A DNA stretch of 64,000 nt, taken from contig NC_087436.1 in the NCBI RefSeq assembly GCF_036321535.1, positions 17,670,001 through 17,734,000 of the forward strand, in the 5' to 3' direction. The position numbers and the translations under genes were made by a program. The DNA is from Camelus dromedarius. Its lineage: Eukaryota. Shown here piece by piece: positions 14,150 through 25,856 of this stretch. The first letter of the stretch is position 1; every line of letters begins with the position of its first letter. A model generated the notes under the pieces. The model was not told the origin of the DNA, made no database searches, and worked only from the letters and a program-made list of their open reading frames with translations.

Positions 14150-15170
14150 CAGTTTCAGAAAAAAAGGGAAAAAAAAGAGCAAGGACTTAATCTCACAGAT
14201 ATTAAAGCATGCCACAAGCTACAATAATTTGAAGCAGTGTGGCATAGGTACAAAAACAGACAGATCAAGGGAACAAAACAGAGTGCTTAAAATATATATG
14301 TGACCTGCTGTACTATTAAATTGACACCAAAAATAACTGAGAAATGATGAAAGATGGCTTATTTAGTAGATGGTCTTGAAAAAACTAGTTTACATGGAGA
14401 AAGGCAAAATTAAAAGCAAATATTTATTTCAAATGGAGTTAAAAAGACAAAGCAAATAGAAGAAAGTATAGGGGAACATCTTGGTGATCAGGGGCAAAAA
14501 ATACATGTATATATAAAATGTATATAAATATATGTCGCTATTTCTATATGTGTAAATGTACATATTTAGAAAGTTGAATAACACCAAGTTTTGAAGAGAA
14601 TATGGACAAATAAGAGCTTTTATACAGAACTGATGGGAGTGGTTAAGTGTAAGATCTTTCTGCAAAGTAGTTTATACTTAGTGAAATTATGAATTTTCGT
14701 ATCTTAATCTCACTGTAATAGGAACTTCCCCAAAAAACTCTTGAAAGTCCAACAAAATACATGTGCAATCAAGAGGTTTGTCATTGTTGGTAGGATTTGG
14801 CACTGCTTTATATATTTATCACTAGAAGAATAGATAAATACAGTAACAGTGAATGCATGTAATGAAATACTACAAAGCGGATGTAATGCATTAGATATAC
14901 ATGGGCCATGTGGCATGAGAATAACTTGAAAAAAACAAAATTAGATTATTAGCTAGTTACTAGTACAAACAACTAATACTAGTTACAAACAGCTTAACTA
15001 TATATATAATGAATTTATATCATGTATATATATATACACACACCAAAAATACTATATATTTTATACACACAAGAACATGTATTGAAAGTATTAGATTGGT
15101 TGTGAATGGAGGTGAAAAGAATGGAGATCAAGGATACAGCAGAAAATAAAGTGAAACAAGAAAGCCCCCT
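14150..15170 (+). mobile_element. Ancient L1ME-type 3' remnants
   Basis: aagcagtgtggcataggtacaaaaacagacagatcaagggaacaaaacagag resembles ORF2 (TVWYW...DQWN region); degraded 3' UTR follows. Confidence 0.6.
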
Positions 15171-18100
15171 TGCTTAGAAGAATGTGATGATGTGCTACAC
15201 ACTGAGGTGTTGAGTAATAGTTCTTTTCAGATGGCGGAAGCAGATACTCCTGTCCTTCTCAAAGTCTGCTGGTGTAGCTCTTTCTTAGGTTATGTGGGCT
15301 CTCCAGCTTCCCCCCAAAATATTTTGTTGATTAAATTAGTCTGTGTTGTTTTCTGTTGGCCTGTCTAAAAGTAATATGCTAATTACAATAAATTTCCAAC
15401 ATGCAATATTCAGACTTTTTTTCATGGTGCTTTGGAATGTGCCTGGGCATTGGAGGGGGTTGATCTGGATGACCTATGTTTCTTAAAATGGATTTCCATA
15501 AAACTGTGATTTAAAAAAAAAAAAAAAGCTTTTCATTCTGTTGCAGAGAATTCAAGTCCATTACACTGATGGGTCATTCCAAAAGAGACATTTCAGTGTG
15601 TTAAAGTTTGGAGGCATTTTGAGCAGGTTGAACACTAGGAGACAGGAATCACTTAAATATAAATGAGTCTGACATTACCCTCTCATTGCTCTCCCCTCGG
15701 TGACCACCGCTCCCACCTCCCTCCTCATTGGAAGGAAAATATAAATGACAATAGACAGCCTGGTGGTGGTAATGTAGTCATGATATGCAATATTTATTGG
15801 ATGCCTGTATATTTCCTTGGGAATTTGTTTTAAACACAATCTCTTTTTTCCACTATTGAACCAGTGCCCATGTGGAGTCTGCTATAGAATTAATAAAGTG
15901 AATAAACATGCTAAGTAAAATACAGCTTTAGACACATAAATCATTGTAGCTCAAATGCACACACTGCTTGTGTTTCATGGAACTCAAAACTTTTCAAACA
16001 TGTGATCTCACTTAGTTCATAACATCCCCATGAGATAGGTAGACAACCTGTGGGATGCAGTACCTCTTCCCTGGATGTCTTGAACATTCTGTGCACACTT
16101 TCTCCTTCCTCCTCAAATTCTTATGAGGCAGCAAGAAGGCAAGGACTAGCCTCCTTGCTTTAGAGTGATGAAAGGGGTCCTTAAGAGCGACCGTGATTTT
16201 CCTGCTGTCAAACAGCAATTTGGCCACAGAGGTAGATGTTGTGGGACCCAAAACATGTCCCATCAAAATCACCACCAGGAAATGAGAAGGAAGATGCTTA
16301 GATGGAAAGGAACAAAGAGTGAGACAGAAGAGGGGAGGAAAGGGATGGTCGCCGCAGCCTGGCTTCCCACCCTCTCCCTTACCAGGGTTCTCCATCATTT
16401 AGAGGACAGAGATGCTGCTGTCACTTCTAACATCATTTTCACTCCACTTGGAAGGCACAGTGTCAATAAATATAATTGTCCACGGGCAACTCGGGGCCAG
16501 GTGTGGTGTCTAAGTCCATTTCCGTCATTTGTCTAAGTCCATTCCACTCCACCATTCTGCATCAGTCGTATCACTTCCCAATCACCTTTTCCCAGCCTTT
16601 AGATGAGAGACCTTTCACATTTAAAGTCTTCTTCTGAAAGGTGTGATTTCTGATTGGAATTTCGAAAGAAAAGGCCAGAATGAGCGGGGATAAACTGAGC
16701 CAAGTTCCTTCCAGCTTGTGTCCCATTCTTCTGGTCAGAGGGATCAGAGACTGATGGCAGAGGAGGAAAGAAACCAAAATAAGTTTTCTTTCACCTTCAC
16801 TGATAACAAGTCCAAAGTCAAGTACATCATCCTGGTGTCGCTGAACCACTCACCTCAAATATCTAGAAGATTTTGCCCTCTGCTCCCTCTGCTGCTTTGC
16901 AGTGGTCTCCATCCCACCCTATCCTGCAATATCTTACTTGGCACCTACAATTTTGGGCAATAAGAAGGGTATGCGATTGGTGTTTTTTAAAGTCATTTTT
17001 GCTAACATTTGAGGGTGAGGAAAAACAGTCAACAAATAAGAAGAAAACCTTTTTGCTTCAAGTAAGTGCGTAAACTCCCTGCACAAAACAAAATGGAAAC
17101 ACTCTCATGCAAGCTAAGACAACGTCATGTTTTCAGGAGAAGAAATGAATTTAATTTCTTCTGAATGAACTTTCTTCTCTTTCCTTCCTCTTGCACCAGA
17201 TAAATATGGGAAGGAGCAAGGGTGGGGGAAGGAGAGAATGCGATGGGATTGTATCATCACCCTAAGGGGTAAATCAGACCTGACTTGACGTTTGTTTTGT
17301 GTAGTAGAAGGCAGGAGAAGATGACCAGGGCTTACTGTGATAGAAGTGACTGCCCATCTCCAGTGTGGATTGCCTGTTGTCTGTGGTTTGTCAATGCAGG
17401 AGTGAAATACTTGAATCTACAGGTGTTCTCAGTGGAAGCAACAAATACCAGCTATAATCTTAAGATCTCGTGGTATTTTCTTCCATCAAAATTTGAATTG
17501 TTTCCAAGGACACCGGAGCTCAGAATATCACTCTTTTCCCAAAAGCAAAGCTAGCACATCTTTTAAATGACTTCTCTTAATCCTCCCAGCAGTTACTCCA
17601 AATCATGAAGGAAATTTTGTGCCCACTAACTTCTCATACTCTTAATAAAGAGAAATGAATGATGTAGAGATTTTTATGAAGTGCTTTTGAGCTAAACCAT
17701 CACCAAATGCTTTTCTGTGACTTTTTTATTTTATTTATTTGTACCAACAAATATCCTAGCAAAACGAAGATAAGAAAAGTGATCGACCATAATAGAAGCA
17801 AAACAAACTTCGTGTGGATCTGGGAAAAACTCTGCTGAATGAGAAAAATGGCCACTTGTCAATATGGAAGTTATCTCGGTGAATCACGTACCCATTTCTG
17901 CTTCGGAAACACGTCACGTGGGCTAGCTTGTGCTAGGACGGGGAAGAGCCTCTCTAAATAAAGATGGAACAACAGCAAACAGCTCCTGCTAGCCGGCTAG
18001 TGTGTCTCTAAGTGCATTTCTACCTGGTTTTGCCTGTAAAGAAAAGAGAACATTTTTAACTGTGCAACCAAGCAACAAATACACTGTTAGTCGTTATGGA

Positions 18101-18289
18101 AAACTTTGTTGGGGTGGACTTTTGAATCAGAAACTAACCTGAAATCAGAGAAACTGGGAAATCTGAATATCTTCAAGCCAATTGGGTTTGACTGTATAAA
18201 GCATATTGTTTTTACTCCACTGAGATCACCTCAAAAATCCTCTACCATTTCTTACCACCCCCCCCACCCCCTAGACAGGCCCCTCTTGA

Positions 18290-18682
18290 CTCCAATGGCC
18301 AGGGCCCCAGACTCTCCTCAAAGGCCAGTCCTCAGTCCACTGGAAGCAATGCTTTGCCCAAATAAAGTAGAAGAAAGTTTTGGGGGTGCATTCCCCTTGC
18401 CTTCCTGTTTCCCCCACCCTCACCACTGCCCTTAGCAAATATCTAGCTGATACCGAACTAGACCACCCAGATTTTTACCTTGGGTAAGGTGTACCAGATA
18501 CTGCAGAGCTCCCCTTTGGGGCTGGGGCCAAGACAGACACTGCCTGAAACCCTGCCTTGGCTTGCCCGGCCCCCTCCCCTGCCCGCTGCCTTGCCAGCTT
18601 CTCCCAAAAGTCCCTCCTTAATAAATCACTTGGCCACAAACACTCTTCTCTGAGCCCATTTCTGGAAAAACTAACCTAAGAG
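18290..18682 (+). mobile_element. Old ERVL/MaLR-class LTR remnant
   Basis: End ccttaataaatcacttgg...tttctggaaaaactaacctaagaga resembles the polyA-signal/U5 end of old ERVL-class LTRs; 5' boundary uncertain. Confidence 0.5.
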
Positions 18683-19642
18683 AGTAGCTCAAACCACTAT
18701 TAAAACGATGCCATCTGCGTTCCCTACTAATCTACAATTGGTAGTATATGTGTATATGGAATATTCAAAACCAGAATGTTCTCTGAATTAGTTTATGTTA
18801 GCCAACTAAAATTTCACATAGTCTATTCATTAACTCCATAAACCTCTCCTTCAAAGAGAATCTAAGACTGAACATTATCTGGCTGAATGTGAATATTAAG
18901 TGGAAAATCAAAAGAGTGCAAATTAATAATACAGATTTAAACATCGTATTTTGTTTGCAGCAGTTTTGAAGAGACTTTATGAAAAAAAAAGAGTAAGTCA
19001 AATTCCTTTCAAGTGATATATATTTTTTAATAATCTATAAATTATTGCTTTAGGCCCCTTGAAAGACATTTGGCTACTTTCAGATTAATATGACAGTTGA
19101 TCAGCTAATAGGATTTAATTTTGATAGAGGACAAACTATGAAAATGTTAGGGAGAAAGTCATGATAAATCAGGAGCATTTTTGAAAATGAGGAGTAAATG
19201 TTTTTTGACTCACTTCCAACTCATTAAAATCTTTTTGAATCCAACCTAAATCCTTGCTTCAGAACCTTAATAGCCTTTAGTCAGAAAATTGAATTAACTT
19301 TTGAATTTAACTTGTAAAGGTCAAAAGGAACATACTTCTAATGACATAGGAAATTAAATATGTGCTATTTCATCTTCCATTGTTTAATGCATAATATATC
19401 ATTTATTTGAAAAATGGGAAAAAACCCTTTTTCATGCAAAAGAGTGCCCATTTTTTTAACTAGAAAAATATGGTTGTGTTCCTCTTAGATTAATTCTGTC
19501 TCCTTTCTTTGAAAACCAGAGAAATATCCATGTTTAATATGGGTTACATTTTGAAAAAATAGGTAATCTAATCTACAGGCAAGAGTAAATTTGTGAACAG
19601 AAGCAGTAGGCATGCCTTAAAGTAAATCCAGAATGTCCACCC

Positions 19643-19730
19643 ATTCATTCATTCCAGAAATATTTACTGAGCACTTAATATGTATCAAACACATATATGG
19701 TCCCTGCTTTCATGGAATTTGGTCTAGAGA
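19643..19730 (-). mobile_element. L2 3' end
   Basis: cattcattcattccagaaatatttactgagcact...atggtccctgctttcatggaattt. Confidence 0.7.
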
Positions 19731-19846
19731 GTGTTTTTTTTCCCCAGTTTTTTAATCATCCTTTACTTCTTTTCAGTATTTAACATTGTTCCCCAATCCA
19801 TTCCTCTTGAAACATTCTTCTCACTAATGTCTAGAGAGAGAGAGAA

Positions 19847-19881
19847 AGAGTGCCGAATCCTAACCACTAGACCACCAGGGA
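19847..19881 (-). pseudogene. Tailless 5'-half tRNA-Glu retropseudogene
   Basis: Minus strand reads TCCCTGGTGGTCTAGTGGTTAGGATTCGGCACTCT, 34/35 to the recalled 5' end of vertebrate tRNA-Glu(CTC); flanked by 16-bp direct repeats ctaatgtctagagaga (19824-19839) and ctaatgcctagagaga (19883-19898). Confidence 0.85.
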
Positions 19882-19949
19882 GCTAATGCCTAGAGAGATT
19901 CTAGACCTCTGAAGTGTTCATCACTGCCTTATTTCCTCCCATTTTTCCT

Positions 19950-21120
19950 AGTATTCTTCTATTCCCTTCTTTTGTTCCTCTCCAACTGTTGATTTTCGCC
20001 AAGGGTCAGTTCATCTCTGGCTGTTTACTGCGCTTCATCTTTCCCCTACAGGCTGCTGGCACCAAGTAGTCATTTTCACTCTAGACTAATCTATGCTCTA
20101 TATGCATATTTTCGGCAGTCCACTGCTCCACCTGGACCACCCAGATACCTCAAACTCATGGTGTCCTCCTTCCTCTCACCAAAAAGAATGCAAAGGAAAA
20201 AATTCTCCTTCCTTGTCTTCCCAAGCCCCATATAGTACAATATCCATTAATGACAAAACCTGGCTGCCTTGGATCAGAAAACCTCTTATCTGGACTACTT
20301 TAATAGTCCTCAGCTGGTCTTTTGTTCTCCAATCTCTCTTCCCACCTTCCTGTCAAGTCAAAATTCATATCATACCACCAAAATTATCAGTTATAAACCA
20401 GTTATGAACCATGTTAATCATCACTCCAAAATCCTCATAGACCCTTGTTAATCATAGCACAAAATCCAAGCTTCTAAATATGGTAGACAACAGTTCCAAT
20501 CACATTTCAATCTGCTTTTTAAGATGTATCTTCATTCATCCAGCTGTCCTGGACTGTCATCATTCCTTGAAGTCACAGGCGTTGTCAAGCCTCTGTGTTT
20601 TTGTCCCTGTAGTTCTCTCTGTCTGCAGTGCTTCCCTACACCACTTTGTGTAAGTGAGAGCATCTTAAAAATACGTACTGACTTTTATTCATTTTTGTAC
20701 CTTCAGAACCTAGCCGAGTGCTTGGATTCTCATCAATGTTCACTTTATGTTGAATTCAAAACCCTTTATAATATGATTCTCACTTTCCCCTTCTGTCTCA
20801 TCTCTAGCTTTTCACCCAAATCAACCAATTTCCTAATCGTATAAACTATGCATCATGACTCAACATATCATGCTTTTTCATGCTTCAGGCTCTTTGTTAA
20901 AAGCCTATTCATCCTCCAAGAATCAACTCAGTGTAGACTAATCTTCTACACTCTAGGTGCATATTTTCATTTGTTCTGTGAAGGTTTCCCTATATATCTT
21001 GGTCTCTCCTATTGAATCATAAGGTATTTATCTTGTCTCGTTTATATCTCCAGCACCAAGCCTATTGTCAAGTACCCAGCATATGTCTAACTTTTTGAAT
21101 TGAATTAAATTGAATGGAAT
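19950..21120 (+). mobile_element. L2 remnants (two or more fragments)
   Basis: Pyrimidine-rich; tatctggactactttaatagtcct..., aaaatccaagcttct..., ending ctccagcacc...gaattgaattaaattgaatggaat. Confidence 0.6.
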
Positions 21121-21161
21121 ATTAGACCAGATGAGTTGGGGCATTGGATTCCCTCACAGCA

Positions 21162-21310
21162 CATGGTTCATAACTTTGGCTGACATTAGAATATCATGGG
21201 GAGCTTTTTAAATATACCAATGCCCCTGTCCCGTCTCCACATAATCTCATTTAATTGATCTGGGAGGAATCTAGCACTATGTTATCTGTAGTGTTCCACA
21301 GGTGACTGGT
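21162..21310. mobile_element. MER5A-like hAT-Charlie MITE
   Basis: ggctgacattagaatatcatggggagctttttaaatataccaatgccc...atttaattgatctggg. Confidence 0.7.
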
Positions 21311-21561
21311 AATGTTGGCAGGGAATGGTGGTGGGCAGCACTGGAGAAGTGAGGACAGGTCAGATTGCAGAGCTCCACGGATGCCAGCTCAAGGCAATTA
21401 AGGATTAACGTGCTCTGGGGCCACATCATCCCTCACTGTGCACTCTGATTGACCAAGGGTCTTGGGAGATTTGAACAGGTGTGGGTTTTCCATCATGAAA
21501 TTCTACAGTGTCCTGAGAACTGCTTACCTTCTTTTAGTCAAGATACACAGTACAAAAAGTC

Positions 21562-21573
21562 CTCTCTCCCGCG

Positions 21574-21639
<66 letters not shown>
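21562..21639. repeat. Compound microsatellite (GC)4(TC)23(AC)7
   Basis: Directly visible. Confidence 0.97.
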
Positions 21640-22095
21640 ACTCAGCTGCTGCAAACTAAAACAAGTATTCCCTGTCCTCCTCTTGGAGTATTGGCTTGGA
21701 TCTCTATGGGTTCTCAGCCACCTTCCCCAATCTAGGCTCCTTCACCACCACAGTAGTCACTGACGACCCTCCCTGCCAGCCTCAGATCCTCCTCAGCTTC
21801 TGAATCACTTTGACAGGGACGACAATAATTGCAACAGCTTCGGTCCAACACTTCGCAGGCTATGTATTCCTGCCGTAAATCTGGCAGCCAAACCATTAAG
21901 TTCCAGGGAAATGCCTCCAAGACCGCCTCTGAATCCCCGCACCACATGTGACTCATGCTTCCCCCACAGGGCAGTCACCGTGGCTAATCCTATCTGGTAG
22001 CACCCCACTGGCCCGAGGACGGACAGACAGATCTCACGGAACCACTGATTCTGCCCTGTTTCTCTAACTTCAAACACCACCGTGTAGACCCTGTC

Positions 22096-22710
22096 TGTGC
22101 TAGATATTATGCTGCGGTTTCTCACCTTCAAACCCATCCTTCTGGCCTCTGCTTTGTGATGCTGAGACTAGGACTCTGCAAGCTGCACTTCTGTTTCGCT
22201 GGCTGGCCCTGTTAGACTTTCAGCTGGGCTGCTAGAAGCAGACTACAGGGCTGGAGAAGGGGAACGGGGCTGCTGCTTCCCGTTCACACCCTGGGCTCTG
22301 TTTCTGACAGCACCAATCAGCAGTGCCCCTTCTTCACCTTGATCGTGGCAGTTAATCCCGGGAACAGCTGTCAAATCCAGTTTGCAGTTTTTTCCAACTT
22401 TACTGTGCCCGCTCAGAGACACCAGCAGCAGCCAGTGCCCTCTCTTTAGGAATCTGGGTCCCAGGTCCACAGGGCTCCTCCTCGGACCATCCAAACACCA
22501 GCCCTCTCCTCCAAGCTTTTGTTTTAATAACTCCAACCCCCTCCCTCTGTGTTCTCAGCCTCTCTCAGCCCCAGGGTTGATAGCTGTTCCCTGCAGTGGT
22601 TACCTTGGAGATCCCTTCAGGATATCTTTCAGCCTTGTCAATTCTCTTCCATTGTTAGTTAACAATTCTTTATGTTAAATGCTCACTATTAAAATAACCA
22701 GTGTGATTCC
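22096..22710 (+). mobile_element. ERVL solo LTR (LTR41-like)
   Basis: Starts tgtgctagatatt; ctgctttgtgatgctgagactaggactctgcaagctgcacttctg; ends ttaaaataaccagtgtgattcc. Confidence 0.65.
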
Positions 22711-23334
22711 TTTTTTTTTTTTTTTTTATTGTAGCCTATTATTATAGGCCTGGCTCAAACAGCAACGTTTGCCTGAATTATGTCTCATCCAGTTCTGTGC
22801 CGGGAAGCTCTTAGCTGTTCTTGTTGGAATGTGACTCTGAAACCACCAACAAAAATGTTTGAGTTGTAATATTCAGTCCACCACCGATGTAGGATGTAGG
22901 ATAGCCAAACATTATGGACTATTGAATTTGAATTTTATTTATTTGCAAAATAAAAATGCTATTAGCAGCCTGCTTTTTAAAGGAGTAACACATCTAACAA
23001 ACAGACTTCAGCTCTTAGAAGGAATGTATCCATACATCTTCAGATTTGCCAATACTGTTGCCTACATAAGCACCTGGCTTCCTTTCCAGGGTCATCAGTT
23101 GTACCTGACATCAAATGGCAAAGGACAAATTGCATGAGATGTGGATGCTAGGGTGGGCTAAGATTCCTCTCTTGCTAAGCAACTCACTTTCATAACATGT
23201 TTTCACAGGGCACATGACGTAAAACTCTCAGCATGTCTTAACAGGTCATTGATTTTTAGATTCATTCAAAGGCAGTTGAACTTTCAAATAGGTAAACAGA
23301 TGTTGATATGTATAAGACAATTAGAACTGCTGTT

Positions 23335-23560
23335 TATTTAGCAGTTAGTGCGTGATAATCACCACACTTAGGTTTTACATGCAGCATTTTATTTAATCCT
23401 TATAATAATTATATAAGGTAATTTATTTTATTATGTCTCTTATTACATGAGCAAACTGGGACACCAACAGGAAAAGCAAACGTTTGATCTCATATAACTT
23501 GTAAGTGGCACTAGAGAGTTCACACCTGTTGGCCACCCTACTATGTTGTTTCCAAACATA
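23335..23560 (-). mobile_element. MIR SINE remnant
   Basis: ttttacatgcagcattttatttaatccttataataat...tattacatgagcaaactggg...acttgtaagtggca. Confidence 0.65.
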
Positions 23561-24639
23561 CACTTTGCTTGTGATGCACCTTTTATCATAAAGGCTACAA
23601 ATTGGCTAACAGTTAGATGAATAATTGGTTGCTTCTACAATGGCTTAAGGAATTATCTTTTCCAGTTTTTTCAAAAACTTTTGATTTTAGGTTGTAAACA
23701 TAATACTTTATATTATGGTTCCCAGCTTCTGAAAGTTCATTAGCAAATCATGTTTTTTTTTTTAATATAATGTATTTCCCAGTAGGAATTAAGTTTCCAA
23801 GGCCAGTCCACAAAACATGTGAAATTGCTCTCCACATTTTTAGCAGTAAAATTGAATTGAAAACAACAGAGTTGACTTTTCTTTTTAAAATTATAAAATA
23901 CACTTTTAAAATAATGAGCCCTTTTGAAAGCTGTAGAACTCAGCAGGGTTGTGGGAAGGCCAGATTTCTCAGGGGGCCTTTTTACAGGACAGAGAGGTGA
24001 AACATGGGAAAGAACAGAAGTTACTCTGACCCCAAAGCTTCCCCAAAAGGGAAAACATCACTCCATCATTCCCTATCTTTCTGTCTACCCACCCCACCAT
24101 CAACATAGATTATGTTCTTCCATACAGAAAAGGGAGATACATTGGAGGTCTGAAGCCTATCAGATAAATTTAGCTGAGTCAAGCCACCAGCCAATCACAT
24201 AGAGAGAAGGGCATTAAAGTCAAGATTAAAAGGAAAAATTGGCCACATCTCAGGTCCAGGAAGGTGATAGGTGGGAAGTAGAAAGGAAATCCCTCAGCAG
24301 TTTTGCTACAAGAAGTCAAGTGATAGGGTCAGATCAAGGAATGGGAAGAGAAGGGACTCTAAGAGGAAAGCACTTCAGCTGTGACACCATCATAGCTAAC
24401 AGCTGTGAAACCGATGAGCTGCAGGTAAACTGGACGGATTGTTGGGGCCATTCCTTCATAGTCCTTTCAAGAATCACGGTTATCTTTGGCTTCTGTTATT
24501 CAGTTGTTTAGATAAGATCTTGTTTCCAGGGAGAATCCTATTACTCAAAGACATTTCTAGCAAAATGCTACCAATAAGAAATAATCCAAACCATTTAATT
24601 CCTAAGGGACTTCACATTTTCAATCTTTTTAATCTTTTA

Positions 24640-24770
24640 ATTCATCTATTCATTCTGTCAGCAAGTACTTATTATATACCGTGGGAAGGGCATTGTCCTA
24701 GGTGCTAGTGGATACAAAACTGAAAAAAACAGACAAAAATACTGCCTTCAGAGAGTTTATATTCTAGTTT
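24640..24770 (-). mobile_element. L2 3' end
   Basis: ttcatctattcattc...gggcattgtcctaggtgctagtggataca...acagacaaaaatactgccttcagagagtttatattctag. Confidence 0.75.
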
Positions 24771-25716
24771 CACAATAATTTGAGATTCATCTGCAAGAAA
24801 ATTGAATGTCTAAAAAGTGTTTCTTTTTTTAAAGTGGCAGTCTTGAACTTTTTTTAACCTCAGGGTGTATTTATAAATAACTAAGATAAAGGATGCCATC
24901 CAGATAATATTATCTATGCTTAAAGAGACCATAAGGATGCCCAGACTGATCAGTAAATGCTCCTTTTAAAGTGATACCAGGCAAATATGACTTGTACTAT
25001 TTTTATTTTGCCTGATAGTTTTTGGCTTACACATGTTTGAACTACTTAAAGCTGTTGTTTGAAGCACAAAGATAAAAGACAAAGTAGATGTAAGAAATGC
25101 AAAGTATATTCTATAAGTAGTTTTTCCCTGATGCTCTACAAATTCGCTCTGCTTTGAACCAAAAGCTGAAACTTGTCTTTGAATGTGTTTTACCGTATTT
25201 AAGAAATGTCTACCTTATCAAGTAGGTTCCAAATATTGTCAGTTGAACACATATTAGGAGACTTCTGTAAGTTTGTTGGGAGTTCTTAATACAGAGCATA
25301 AAACAGGAGACATAGGTTTCTACTGAGGGCTGGAGGAAATTGTTGAAGACACAGTTAGAGGAAAGAACACAATACGCCAGAGAAAAGGAAACGCCATGAT
25401 GTCAAAACCTCCCTCCAGTAGAATCCTATGGACAAAACCCACTGATGCTGAATAGATTTAAAGAGGATTTGGGCATGACTCCTGCTTTTAATAGATATTC
25501 TTCTCTAAAGGAGATAATTCAAGCCTATGAAATGAGCTATAAGATAAAACATTTAAATAAAAGCAAAATAGTAAAATTTAGTCTACAAATAGAAATGAAA
25601 TTTACTAAATAAGAGCTGATTAATTTTGACCCTACTAATTCAGAATTTGAGGTAATTTCAAAAACAATAATCTGAAGTTTAACTTTTTGGTAATTTGGAG
25701 TGAAAGATCTTCCAGG

Positions 25717-25856
25717 TCAATGTTTCTCAACATTAACGTTCAGAGGAATCACCTGGGGATCTTGTCAAATGCAGATTCTGATTCAGTAGTTCTGGGATGT
25801 AGCCCTGAGGTTCTGCATTTCTACCAACTCTCTGTTGATACTTTGAGTAGCAAGGA
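25717..25856. mobile_element. MER5A/B hAT-Charlie MITE
   Basis: tttctcaac...gaatcacctggggatcttgtcaaatgcagattctgattcagtagttctggg...tctgcatttcta...actttgagtagcaagg. Confidence 0.85.

Noticed and set aside
19847..19881. Functional tRNA-Glu gene
   Set aside because: Only the 5' half is present; no T-arm/B box or 3' acceptor strand.
21449..21763. SLSLSL/HTHT-containing ORFs
   Set aside because: Translation of the (TC)n(AC)n microsatellite.
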